A stretch of 63,807 bases of DNA, the filler included, from Pelomyxa schiedti (Eukaryota > Protista > Evosea): the NCBI GenBank assembly GCA_020536535.1. It is 10 parts of 10 records of this genome, joined end to end, with 100 filler letters (N's around TTAATTAATTAA, not from the genome) between each part and the next. Parts side by side here need not be neighbours in the genome. Positions count along the whole stretch, not along the records: positions 6,288 to 27,152 come from JAHLWZ010001082.1; 9 more parts are not named here. One strand, given 5' to 3'. The notes under the pieces are model-generated. The model saw nothing but the letters and a program-made list of their open reading frames with translations. It ran no database searches and had not been told where the DNA came from. Positions within the stretch are counted from its first letter, which is position 1. Each line of letters begins with the position of its first letter. Positions 9,260-21,143 of this stretch are shown here, one piece after another. A program made the position numbers and the translations under genes.

Positions 9260-12200
9260 ATGTCGGGCGGAACGGAGCAACGGCTGGAGCTGACGGTTAA
9301 AGAGACAGGGGAGAAGTTGGTGCCCGAGAGCGTTGATGTGTCTGTTCGCGTGGTGCCGGGCGTTGGGGCCGAAACGGCAGTCACGGCGGTATTCCGAAAC
9401 GACGCGGACGAGGACAGGGAGGGGGAGCTGGTTATGGGACTCGGCGAGGGGGCGTCCGTGTGTGGGTATGCCGTGGACCACCCATCGGGAATCATGGTCG
9501 ACGCTGTGATTGTAGAGAAGGTTTGTGAATGGTTTACTGAAGATTGCTTGGTGCGATGCTTTTGAGACTGAAGTACGGGAGAAACGCGGTGGACCAGCTA
9601 TTGTGGAACACGTGGCTGGCAATGTTTTTAGGACAAAGATATACCCACTACCAAAGCATGGCTTCCGAGTCATCAAAGTGTGAAATGACTCAATGCGATT
9701 ATGCTAACCTTGCTGCTTCACAGGTTGTTATTTCTTCTGATCTTACTGAAGATTCCGTAAAGAGCTCTTATTTTTGCCCTATGCTGTTGCACGCAAATAT
9801 TTTAAAATCCTTCAGACTCCATGTCTCCTCTCATTTACTATTGCTTTATATCTTCGTGACAGTTCAAGTAGATTCAACTTGATATTGATACTCAAGTTTT
9901 CTGCCCACCTTTGTTGAGTTTAGAAACACAGAGTGCATTTGGGAACAAAGACTTTCAACCCAGCACAATAACAGGTTTTATGCTTGTTTGCTTGTTGTTG
10001 TTTTTAATAGAAAAAACCTCCAAAACCACATACTTGTAAAGGAAAAGTTACCACTTTTGAGTATGATGTTTCACTGTCATCTGCAAAGCCACCTGAAATC
10101 ATAGGTGCATCAACCTTGAGAAGAGTACTTCTGAAAGAAAGTCCTTCATCTTCTGGCTTACTATCTATTGAAGCGGGACCTCCTGAAGATTTGACCACAT
10201 CTTACTTTTGCTTTAAAGGTGATTTATCATCGATGTCAAGTTCTGTACCACGTGAAAAAGTAAAAATCAAGTCAAAAACCACTTCTTCTCTAATATTCAT
10301 TCCTCTACATACAGACAACGGCAATTGGAATCATCTGGGACAAGTCCTTGAGTAGGGCATTGAGCAACCACTCACGGTGTGGGGGTACGTCAGCACTTCT
10401 TTTTAACATGGGAAAAAAGTGCTTTTGAATTCGTACATGCCATTGGAAATATGTTTGTGAGTGTGACTTGGTCTTTGTACTTTCTCAATACTAAGCTTGA
10501 GTTCGCTGGATCATTCACAGTGTGGATTTCATCCCAAAAATTCAGAGCACTGAAATTCCAATAGAATGTTGCATTGTTACTTGAAAGGTTGAAGCAAATT
10601 ACCTACTGTGGTGGGACTAGCATAACCACTCTTGCACAACTTAATGAAAGTTCTTCCTTCAATTTATTCTTTTCTGATGGGTTCTGTTCATGGGGCGAGA
10701 GAGTGTGTAGTATTGTTATCACTTATCAATTTGACCTCTAAAAAGGAATTTGCTGTTCCTTTTTTTGCAAAGCCCATTTTTACTCTGAGTTACGAGGAAA
10801 AATGTGACACAAACTACCTAAAAAGAATTGCCAACGCAACTGGAGCCGTTTATCTCAACCTGCGAACATTGAGTGATGAGTAATGAATTGCTCTACAGTC
10901 TTTGACGGGAAAATCTAACTCACCAACACAAAAAAAGGCAGGCACTACAGCAGATATCATTTGAACCATTAATGTTTCTTGGAGCGAGATTTAATCAAAA
11001 CCAAGTTGATGATATTGTTCCAACTGCCCCATGTGCTGCATCTGGTCAGTTTTCCGTTGCAGGGAAAATTCTGAACCACATTGAACAAGGTACTATATCT
11101 CCAAATGCTCTTCTCTAAAACAATAGTTAGTGCATATTACATTGAACTTTGGTCTCCTTAGTTCCCGTACCCCGACGTTGAGTCTCCAGCTTGTGTTACA
11201 GCCAACGCAATATCATACAGGACTGAGTATGTCTTATTCAACACTTAATCTTTTATCAACAATATATTTGTGTAGTTTCCAGAATATGGGCAAATAAAAA
11301 AGTTGAAGAACTAAACCTTCAACCTCAAACTGACGAAATAAGGAAAAAAATACTGACTCTTGGAAGAGAATACCAGTAACACCTTGTTCCACTCTACAAA
11401 AAAAAGTTGACCTTTTTTTATAGCTTTGTGACGCCTAATACTTCTCTTCTTGTTCTTAATACATTGGATCAAGTATTCCACCCTCTTCCCAACAAACGAA
11501 TTAATCGAGCTACAGTATCTCAAATATGAAATCGAACCGCCCTCTTGCTTGGCGGAGATTAAACGCCAATACAACATAAAGATTGCCGAGCAACAGGCTT
11601 TGATCACAAGAAGCTCTTAAATAAACTAACTAGCTTCAACTTACACAGGCAACAAATCTGAAAAATAAAGAAAAGCAGTTCAATAAAACTAGGGTAATGT
11701 GGAAACGTCGCCGTATGTGGTGGACCAAAACGTACTCAGGCTCTCCTGTATGTAGCACCCATTTTTCTAAGTGTTGCACTCAGACATTTAGCAATCTCTC
11801 TTCAACCACTTCATGGATGTAGATAAGGAAATTGAGGACCCATGGACCCTCCCCTCTGTTAAACTTAGAGAGGTTTTTTTTTAACCTTGCAAGCAACAAT
11901 AACAACCATTGGCTATCTGTAGGAAGTCGTAACTCCACCTTTGGTTGTGGAAATACCACCACCCCCAGAAAGGGAGACGGGACAACCTGACAACTTTGAT
12001 CTGGAAAAGCCCAGGGTTGAGAAGTTTTTTCAAAGCACTTTCTTGAATGATGAACCAAATCTCACACGTGCATTGGATGCCTTACAGGGCCTCTTTAGTG
12101 TGCTACGCTTTTGTATCTCTATTTGTATAACTGCAAAAAGGTGCAAAATTTACAGTGGAGCAACAGGCACAATTTGGTACCGAGTCCGGGGCATTGCATT

Positions 12201-15200
12201 CCCTTTATGTTGACAAAAGTATTTTCTGGGAAATGTATGTCTTAGCCCGGGCAACTGGTCTTGACATCAAGCCCGATACTGAGGTCCATGCCAAGACAAA
12301 ACATGCGCTCAGCCTCCCAATGGAATTTGAGGAGTCCAAAATTGTGTTTAAAGACAAATGTTTCACAGGAGGATTCAAAGGCAAAAAAAAATCTTCATCC
12401 TCCTCTGACGAGAAACCCAAAGCGACACCACCACCAGTTTTCAATGGAATGAGACCCCGAATGGCAGGCCCTGCATCTTCTGCCAAATCTTGTGGCATAG
12501 ACCCAGGGAAACACCTGGCAATAAACTCTGGTGGATTTCGCAGGACTGGTACTGCAGCAGGTCCTGCCTCCTCCCATGCAATGTATACGGCAACACACGA
12601 CATAGGAAAGGTTATTTCAACTGGAGCAAGTACAGTATGCAACTATCGGCGTGTATCGCAGGAACCCCCACCACCTGTCGAAGTAACGCCCTCAGAGAAG
12701 CAACTATCACAAGTGACAAATGAAGTGCAGATACGCACAACCGCTATCAATGAAGCAAGGGGTTCACAAGCAGTCATCAGTACGTCATCTGGTGTAGATG
12801 AAGGAACTGTAAGATTCCAGCCGTTCCAGCCACCTGTAACACGGTTAGGGATTAATCCCGATCCTAGGCCACGGATGAACATTCGTAACCTGCAGACGAC
12901 CATTAGTCCAGAGAGCTTTAATCCAGATCCTAGGCCTCAGCCAGGCATGAGCATGCCAATGGCGCCACCAAATACCGGGCTAGGAATGATGCCAGGACAA
13001 CCAGGCATGATGAGTTCTTTGCAATCCCTGTCAGTCCCAGGCCTATATCCGAGCTCTCCAGCAGCTTCGATTCCCGTTTATCCACCCACCAGTTACCCAC
13101 CTCCTGGTTCTGCACATCCAGGTTATCCACCCCCTTTCTCAATGCCTCTACCCCCTCCAGGATATCCCCCTCCAGGATACCCACCATCTGGGTATCCCCC
13201 TCCAGGATACCCACCATCTGGGCCGCTACCTCAGCCCTCTGGATATCCACCTCCAGGATACACACTCTCTGGGTACCCCCCTCCTGGTTACCCACCCCCT
13301 GGCCATCTTCCTTCAAGTTCTCCTTATCCTCCTCCGAGTTTCGGGTACCCAGCAAGCTCCCCTCCAGGGTACCCGCCTCCTGGGTCTATACCTACCAGTT
13401 CTCCCAGCGGCTATCCACCTCAGCCAGGTATCCCATACAGTTGTCCACAGACGACTACTCTACAGAATGGTCAACTTCTGGGTTCCCTAAATCTGCCTCT
13501 ATCTCCCATTTCTGCGGACTTTGGTGCTGTTGGGAGAAAGCCTCAATTCTCTCTCGATGCCATGGTCAAGGAAACGCAGGAGACTGCAACGGCCAGTCCA
13601 GCTGTTCCCCCAACGATTGGGAGTAAGAATAAAAGCCGATTTTGGGCCAGTGCAAGTGGGAGTTCCAGTGATAGTGATAGTGATAGTGATAGTGATAGTG
13701 ATAGTGGGAGTAGAAGTAAAAGTAAAAGTGGAAGTGGAAGTGGAAGTGGAAGTGAGATACAAACCCACCCTCGAATGTGTAAGAGAGCTATTGGAAGCGT
13801 CGCACGACAAGGACTACGTAAAAGTGTTGCCAAGGGTACCAGTGCGAGACAGGCAGTACAAATGTCCGCAGCGGATGAAGACATTGCTTCATATGATGCA
13901 GTTCTCAGTGATTCATCAAGCAGTTCATCTAGTAGTGAACGGAGAAGGATTTTAATCTCCAATGAGGAAGAAGCTATCAAATCTTATGATACCATTGATA
14001 ATCTAAGTAGTTCATCCTCCTCATCCAAAAAGAAGAGTACTGTTTCCTATTCAAAAAAGCTTATTGATGCCGCGTTAACAATGGCTTTACAACGTGACAC
14101 GGGAAAAGAAAAAGAGGGGATTGTACGTGATTCTTCAAGGGCAGAGCACATAAAGCGCCACACTATATCAAAATTCTCTTCATCCTCCAGCCAAAGAAAG
14201 CAGACCTGGCAACTGGATGTTATTAAACCAGTACAGAAAGATCCCAAACTGCTGGAATTGCAAGCAATACAAAAACATGAACTTGCTCAGTCAAAATACG
14301 TTGCTTTACTAGAGGTTTTCCCAATAGAATAATTGAAGTTAACAACCATCCAAAGGTTCCTTGTAGCAGAGACCACATATTCTTTGTGCATGCTGCTCTT
14401 AGTTGTTGTCATTTTCCAGAATTGGCCACTGAGTTTAGATTTCTCTCCTCTAATACATAAATAATATCAAGGCAGAATTGCGAGCAATATTGCAGAGCTA
14501 GAACTTGATAGTGCTTCACTCCTACGAGTTGCAGCTACTTTATGTGAACAATTTTCTCAGTTCAAGTGAGAAGACCCCTTTTCTCATTCCACAACTCATT
14601 TACTGAAAAAAAAAAAAAAAGAGAAGCTGTCCAATTGTACGAACAGGTTTTGAAACTTAGACCTGAGGAACCACAGGTTTTCAACCTTAATTCACTGTTC
14701 TCTAATATTATTTCAAGTCATACCGCGATCTTGCGTTAGCACTGATCCGTTCTTCTGGGATTGAAACAAGTTGATTCTCCAATACAATTAGTTTAGTAAC
14801 CAGGCCAAGGAATCTCCGAGCGATCTCTGCAACTACTGAATACTGTGGTAGAAAAAGGTATAGTATAGTATGGAATCGAGCCTATCTCAACTGACCCGTG
14901 TATTAAGAGTGGGATAAGCGGTTTCCTCAAATAGAAGTTTTGGCAATGATGGTAAGATACTGAACGCTTCTTTGATCTTAGTTTCTTTGGGTAGGATATC
15001 AATTCTATTTGGAGACAAATAGATGCCTCAGGGTATAGTTAAAAACTGTGTGAAATATACTCAATGACCACAAGACAATCTGCTTTCATTTCCCATTCCG
15101 TTTTTTCTGATATTTTGCTGAACCCACTTGATGTGGATATCCGGATTGTGCTTTCATGGGACCTGGATATGACCGACGTTGTATGTTAATGGAGTGTAAA

Positions 15201-15646
15201 CAACAAATATCCACGACAAAACTGCAGGATCTATGCGTGGAAGAGCCCAATGGGGAACAATGCACACCATTCCACAACCAAACTGCATCGGGAGGTTTGT
15301 GCACCCGGAATCATTAGTTAACAAAACATCATCCCAAAACAGGAATTATGAGTGAGGATTTCACCCAAGGATACGGACCCGTGGAATATTTGAATAGGCA
15401 AGCACCACCCGGCAATTACAAAATATTCGTTTCTCTATTTCACGTACATATTCCGTATGGCACGCCCTTCCGTTTCCTCCTCTTAGAGAATACTGACGTC
15501 AATTCTCCCATAGTGGAAAACAAGTGATTGTATCACTTAAGGCGTACCTTAATTTCGGCCGACCTGGGAAGCAAACTGAGTGTGATTTTACTGCCGTTCT
15601 ATCGCAACCAAGAACACCTCTACTACTGGCCACTTTCGCCCTATGA
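9260..15646 (+). CDS. VIT + vWA-like + TPR + DUF2135 protein with about 700 aa of low-complexity insertion, many introns
   Basis: VIT (FRND..DREGEL..GASVCGYA..MVDAVIVEK..PAIVEHVAGNVFRTKIYPLP). vWA-like IIWDKSLSR, GGT, FFSDG, RIWA, FVTPNTSLLVL. C-terminal SNIAELEL, LRPEEPQSYRDLA, DIRIALSWD..DLCVEEPNGE..SEDFTQGYGPVEY. Confidence 0.8.
13095..13435 (+). repeat. Coding (G/S)YPPP tandem repeats
   Basis: Repeated GYPPPGYPPS units inside the long exon 12155-14310. (AGTGAT)n and (AGTGGA)n follow at ~13667-13753. Confidence 0.85.
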
Positions 15647-15742
15647 TTTTTCTGATTTCGTTGACTTTCTTCCAACCCAGGAATCAACGATAACGTTTTT
15701 TTCTCCGAATTTTGTTTTTAAAAAAAAAAAAACCCGGCCCCG

Positions 15743-17133
15743 ATGGAAGGGCTGGTAGTCGAGTTTGTGGCACCATTCCTATCGTTCAAGGACTTGGTTG
15801 CAATCGAGAGGGCTTGGTGTAGACGTGCACCAGATTCAGCCTGGTCCGTGTTGTTGCACCGAGACTGGCCCCACGTCGCAGCATCCCATAATTGCATTGC
15901 CTCCACTACCGCAACTGCCTCGTCGGCGGCGACAGAAACACCAATCACTACGACGCCAACGGTAGCCGTTCTCTCCCCGCCGGCAACGACTCCCGCACCT
16001 TCGACGAAAAAGGCCATCTACGCGTCCACCACGGCCCAAGTTGCTGATCTGTTGCGGTCTATGGCGGCTCCGCCCCTGAATTTCTTCTCAGTCGTTGTGG
16101 ACCAGTACTTCTGCGTCGCGATGTCACCCCCTCCAAGCCCTTATGGGAGCCGGCCGACGCGCAGGCAGCAGGCCATTATGCAAGAAAAATACTCCTCACT
16201 GAAAATCTTGCCCAGATCCGGCACCACATCCAAATCCGTCAGTCCAGATGATGGCGATGATGAGGATTTCCCAAGGAGGGAGTGGGAGGATAAGTTCTGT
16301 TGGGCCCCTGAGACTGAAGAAGACTGGCAGACGGTGGGCCAGTTGGGTGCGATGATGAAGATTATGCCATCTTTGTTGAAGAAGAAGACCAGATGCAAGA
16401 CCTTCACTAGTGAGTTGTCATAATTTTATTATAGCACCATGACGTTCAGAGGGTTGTAGATAAATATACTCTACTGTTTGACACAATTGGACACTGTAGC
16501 TTTTATATCGTATATATTACTCTATAGACGCTGACCCGGAATTGGTACATGTTTTTTGTAGACTATCCTTTCTGGGAAAAAGTGGACCCCAAACATGTTT
16601 CTTTCTTGGTGTGGCACTACCTCAAAGAAGGCAACTATTCGCTACAATGTATCAACAACAGGGACGACTCAGTAACTGAAGGCCTCATGATCGAATCCTA
16701 TCCCCCTTTTGAGACACGTTTCCCTAACATGTTTGCTGGACCTCCCAACCCCAAAAAGCCCAAAGTGGCAGACCCCAAGGATCCCAATGTCATTCTGTTT
16801 GGCCAGTATGACAAATTTGTCAAGGCATTCCTTTCCTTTGCCGAATTAAGTGGTATATCCCAAGTCTCACACCGCCTTCTTCCGATCTATTCTAAACAAA
16901 GTCTCCCAAGGTAACAATGTATGGATGTGCCGTAATTGTGGCAAACCCAGGGACGAACTGAGCAAAAGCATTACACTGGTAATAACCACTAAGCTGCACT
17001 TCTTGTGCCTCTGGGTGTACCTGTTTCGTCTGTATGGCTAAACTCCAATACCTTCACTGAGAACACCAGGATCAACAAAAAATTTTGGATTTCCTCCATC
17101 AGTTACAAGAAATTAGTAAATTGGAGTCTTTGA
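15743..17133 (+). CDS. N-terminal F-box-like protein, 3' exon structure uncertain
   Basis: MEGLVVEFVAPFLSFKDLVAIERAWC..AWSVLLHRDW matches the F-box pattern. Further exons at 16529-16851 and beyond. Confidence 0.5.
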
Positions 17134-17205
17134 TCAACCTTTTTTTTTCGCGTTTTCGTATCGTCACCTCTTGTATCGTTGCGTATATATATTTGCCCTC
17201 TCGAA

Positions 17206-18237
17206 ATGGCACAAGAGCAAGCTGCTCTATTGTATAAAAGTAGGTATCTCCTCCAAGGAAACATAAAACGAAAGCATACTATCAATGCAAACAAACTATA
17301 CAACGTGTTCACTGATTTTACGTTTTGGAGTTGTTATATTAGGAGACAGTGGCGTAGGGAAAAGCAACATCGTCACTCGATTTTACCGGTACCTGTCCTC
17401 TCCAACGTTATGCTATAAAATAATGCTTGTGTACGTAACGCTACCAAAACAAATAGAAACCAGTTCTGCTTGGAAACGAGAACCACTATCGGGGTTGATA
17501 TTGTAAATAAAGATGTCAATTTCCATGGCACCAAAATAACTCTCCAACTGTGGGATACAGGTGTACATTTTTTTTTTTTCGAAAAACACCACCTTAACTT
17601 GTTGATAGCTGGCCAAGAGCGGTTTCGGGCTGTTTCTCCTGGATATTATAGAGGCGCGGATGCTGCCTTACTGGGTTCTTACTTCACTCATTGATTTCTT
17701 AGTCACTGAATAGCTGAATGCAGTTTATGACATTACAAAGCATGAATCCTTCGAATCCATCACCCGCTGGTTGAAAGAATTAAGGTTCCTCCTTTTTTAC
17801 CATATCCACTCACCCTATTTAGAGAAATCTGTGATCATTGCCGTTCTATTGTTCTCATTGGAAATAAGTGTGATTTGCAGCACTTACGGGAAGTCACAGT
17901 TGCAGAGGGCCAAGCTTTGGCAAAGTCAAACTCCTTATCTTTCATGGAAACCTCTGGTGAGTGTGACAACCTTCTCCTCTTTTGTAACTTGAACAAACAG
18001 CAATGAATGCTGTTAACATTGAGGAAGTTTTTGACCACATTCTGCAAGGTTTTCCCTTTCCAACCAAAAAAAATCCTCAGTCCAAACTTACACTCTGTAG
18101 TACTGAGAGGAGGAAATCCAGGCCCCCCAGAAATGACAGGTGGTGAGGCTGAGATACGTTCAGGTGGTGTTACTTTAGGGCAATCACAAACACCAGGAGG
18201 GAGTTCCACAACCCCAGAGGAAAAATCATGTTGTTGA
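17206..18237 (+). CDS. Rab GTPase (Rab11-like), 7 introns
   Basis: Spliced: KIVILGDSGVGKSN, TTIGVD, LQLWDTAGQERFRAV..YYRGA, IGNKCDL, FMETSA, C-terminal CC*. Confidence 0.92.
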
Positions 18238-18317
18238 ATTTGAGTTGTATGTAAACAAAAAAAGATACATTGTTATTATCTCCGTCTAGTCCAGTTTCTT
18301 ACAAAAGTTGAGTGTTC

Positions 18318-20772
18318 TTATTCTGAATTTGATAGTCGTTTTGCATAGTCACTTAGCATCTCAGTGTACATTGTCTCCAGTGCTTTGGGGTTGGAAAAAG
18401 CACTCTCCGGTTCTGAGGGAGTAGGTGGTGTAACTTGTATAATTATGGGAGGCGGCATTGGAGCCGGCGTTTTTGGAGGGGGTGGGAGTGGCGGTGACAC
18501 TGACGATGTAGTTGTTGCTGATGATGAGGCTGTGGGAATGTCAATTATGGGGTCAGGCTGATTGCCTGGGCAAAATCGGGCTGTGGCTCCCCTCCAATCT
18601 ATTTTTGGCGGGTTTGTGAAATGAGCAGTGCAGATATAAGAGGGATTGATTCAGGGAGGATTATACTACATACCGCAGAGGTCATTACGTGGGTGGCTTC
18701 TGGGGAGGGCAGTGGCGGGTTTCAGTTCGGGGAATTTGCGGGGAACCACTTTCGCCTTGAGCTCATGAACCTGCTTGAGCTTCTTCTGTAGTATTACAGC
18801 CGAGGGCATTGCTGCTCTTGCCTTTAATGCTTCTCTTGCGAGGGTAAAAAAGGTTTCTTCAATGTTCCACCTTAGTTTAGCACTTACCTGGAATTTCGTG
18901 AATTCATAAAATACAGGGTGAATGAGATTGGTTGTACTTCAAAAAAAGGGCACCCTAAATCTTCTGCCAAACGTTTTCCTTCCTCACGAGAAACCACCCT
19001 ATCTACTTCCAAATCTGCACGGCCAGCAACCAAAACTTTTGGGTAGTTGGTTTCTTGTTTGATTGAGACTACTTTTTCATGGAACTCCCGAACGGACTCA
19101 AATGAGGACCGCGATGTAATGCTATACCTTTTTTGTCTTGAAAAAGCAGGGTAGTGGAAGGTGAATAGAAATACCCTAAAGAAAAAGCCTCACAGTTCCA
19201 GATGTACTGGTCTCTCATTGCGCTGTATCTTTTGGGACTTAAAAGAAGTAGAATAAGAGCGGAGTTCTACTCTTCCTGACCAGCTTTTGTTTGTGAGGCA
19301 AGGAAGGAGTATTGAATTGTTTGATAAGAAAGTACCTGTATCAATAATATCCAGAATAAGAGGTTTTCCGTCAATAACACACTGCTTCCTGCGCAGAGTA
19401 AGTAAACGGTTATTTTATTGACTCACCTGTAGCTGTCTTCGATAGTTGGATCATAGACTAAAGTTGTTAGTATAGCTGTTCATATGAAAATAGTGGAGTA
19501 CCATCCAAAAAAGTGTTCTATTGGCGTTAGTGCCATGAATACCAAAAAAGGAAGATACAAGAACAAATTGCAGGACTAGTGCTAAGAAACGTGAGGATGG
19601 GGGAAAAAGAGGGAGTGGGAATCACATGATTTTGATCCAATTCCTCCAGAACCTAGAAGACACATTCTCAGTTCGTTTGAAGTGGTGTCACATATTGCGT
19701 GGTCACAGTAACATTTAGAAATCATCTTGGATGCGAAAGAGCCAGCGGGATTCTCCACCAAGTCGACTGTTAACTTGTTCCAACTGACTTGGTATTTCTG
19801 AACAATAGCCTCACACAGCGCCATTGTGCCAATATCTCCGATATTACACCGTCTCATTGTCAATCTGTTTAATGAAGAGCGTCCAGGCCCGTCAGTGACA
19901 ATCGCGGCGAGGCAAACTGCCCCCTGGTCACTCAACTGTGGGTTGTCACTGAGATCAAGTTCGGTTAATTTTGAGTTCGCGAGTAACAGTGATCCAATGA
20001 CGATTGAATCCTCAACAAGCAAGCCACAGTCCAAGAGTGTGATGGATGTTATTGGAGCCCCAACAAGATGAGATGCAATTTCGTGCAAGTGGGTACCCAC
20101 ATTGACATGGACCAGTTCCAGTTTTGAGAGGTAACTCAAATGATGCATTAATGAAGAAATGATGGTTTCTGAGCGAGTGCTGCTTGTTCTGTGTCCAACA
20201 CTAGCTGATCTAGTTATCTTTGAGGCAATTTTCGACAGAGACCCCGCTCTTGTTCTGCTGCTAGCACTGTTATTATCAGATACTGATAGTAACTTCGCAT
20301 CCACAGGGGTAGGAGGAGGCTCTTCAACAATCCTCAGGCCACCGTGAATTTTCCCAGCAGGAATAAACTTGAGTTTCTCAGAAGCCACGGTTCCATCAAT
20401 AGTAAGCAATTCACAGGTAACTTTGCAGCAGTAATCGGGGCCGAGCTTGCGAGCTGATGACGCCATCGCGTCAATTATCATTGCGCCCACGGGTGGGTCA
20501 CCAGTCCTATAGCAGCTCAACTGACAATTGGATTCCAAAAGAGCCTTAATCAATGAAGACTGGGAACGAGGTACGTCAAGGAGTCCAATTTGTCCCATAA
20601 TTGATTGATCCCTATCCCAACCATATTACATTACATAACATAAATTACTTTTATCGTGTGGATTGGAAGCAATCAAGTACGTTGTAAGGGAGTAGTCGGT
20701 ATAAGAAGAGGTAGCAACGACGCCGAAAGCGGATTCGCTTATTGCAGAAGGAGACCCGTGGCTGAATTCCAT
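18318..20772 (-). CDS. RNI-like LRR + Ras GTPase domain + Pro-rich tail fusion
   Basis: LRR exon 19604-20598 (LTELDLSDNPQLSDQGA, CNIGDIG). Micro-exons then splice to GSGGIGSKSS LVLQFV..VYDPTIEDSYRKQCVIDG..LDIIDTAGQEEYSAMRDQY..FEVSAK. Confidence 0.85.
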
Positions 20773-21143
20773 TTGTGCTAACCAACGCGACATTTTTCGC
20801 TTGTTTTTTTAATTAATGTCTATCTGCCAGTTTGTTGATCCGCTTGGGTCGGGTACTGCTCGTGGAGCATTGGCTGTGGACTCTGGGAGAACTGCTGAAT
20901 TGAGTCCCTCTGTGCTCAGGGAGGATTTTCATCCTCAGAGTGGATCACATCCCCGACTCGGAAGATCCCCCTGCCGTTGAGAATCAAGGCAAACTCAGAG
21001 TCTTCAGAAAGAGTCGTGATCACGACGGCGTACGGCTTTTTATTTCTGAACCATCATCACCCCATAAGCCCAAAACAAACAAAGAAAAGAAAAAGGAAAA
21101 ACAGGAAAAGTCAAAACAAAAAAACAAAAGCAACAAGAAGAAG

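Noticed and set aside
13499-13980. Antisense and alternative-frame ORFs with poly-L, IT or VE tracts, and similar ORFs at 3101 and 27315-27661
   Set aside because: Shadows of microsatellites and low-complexity coding sequence.
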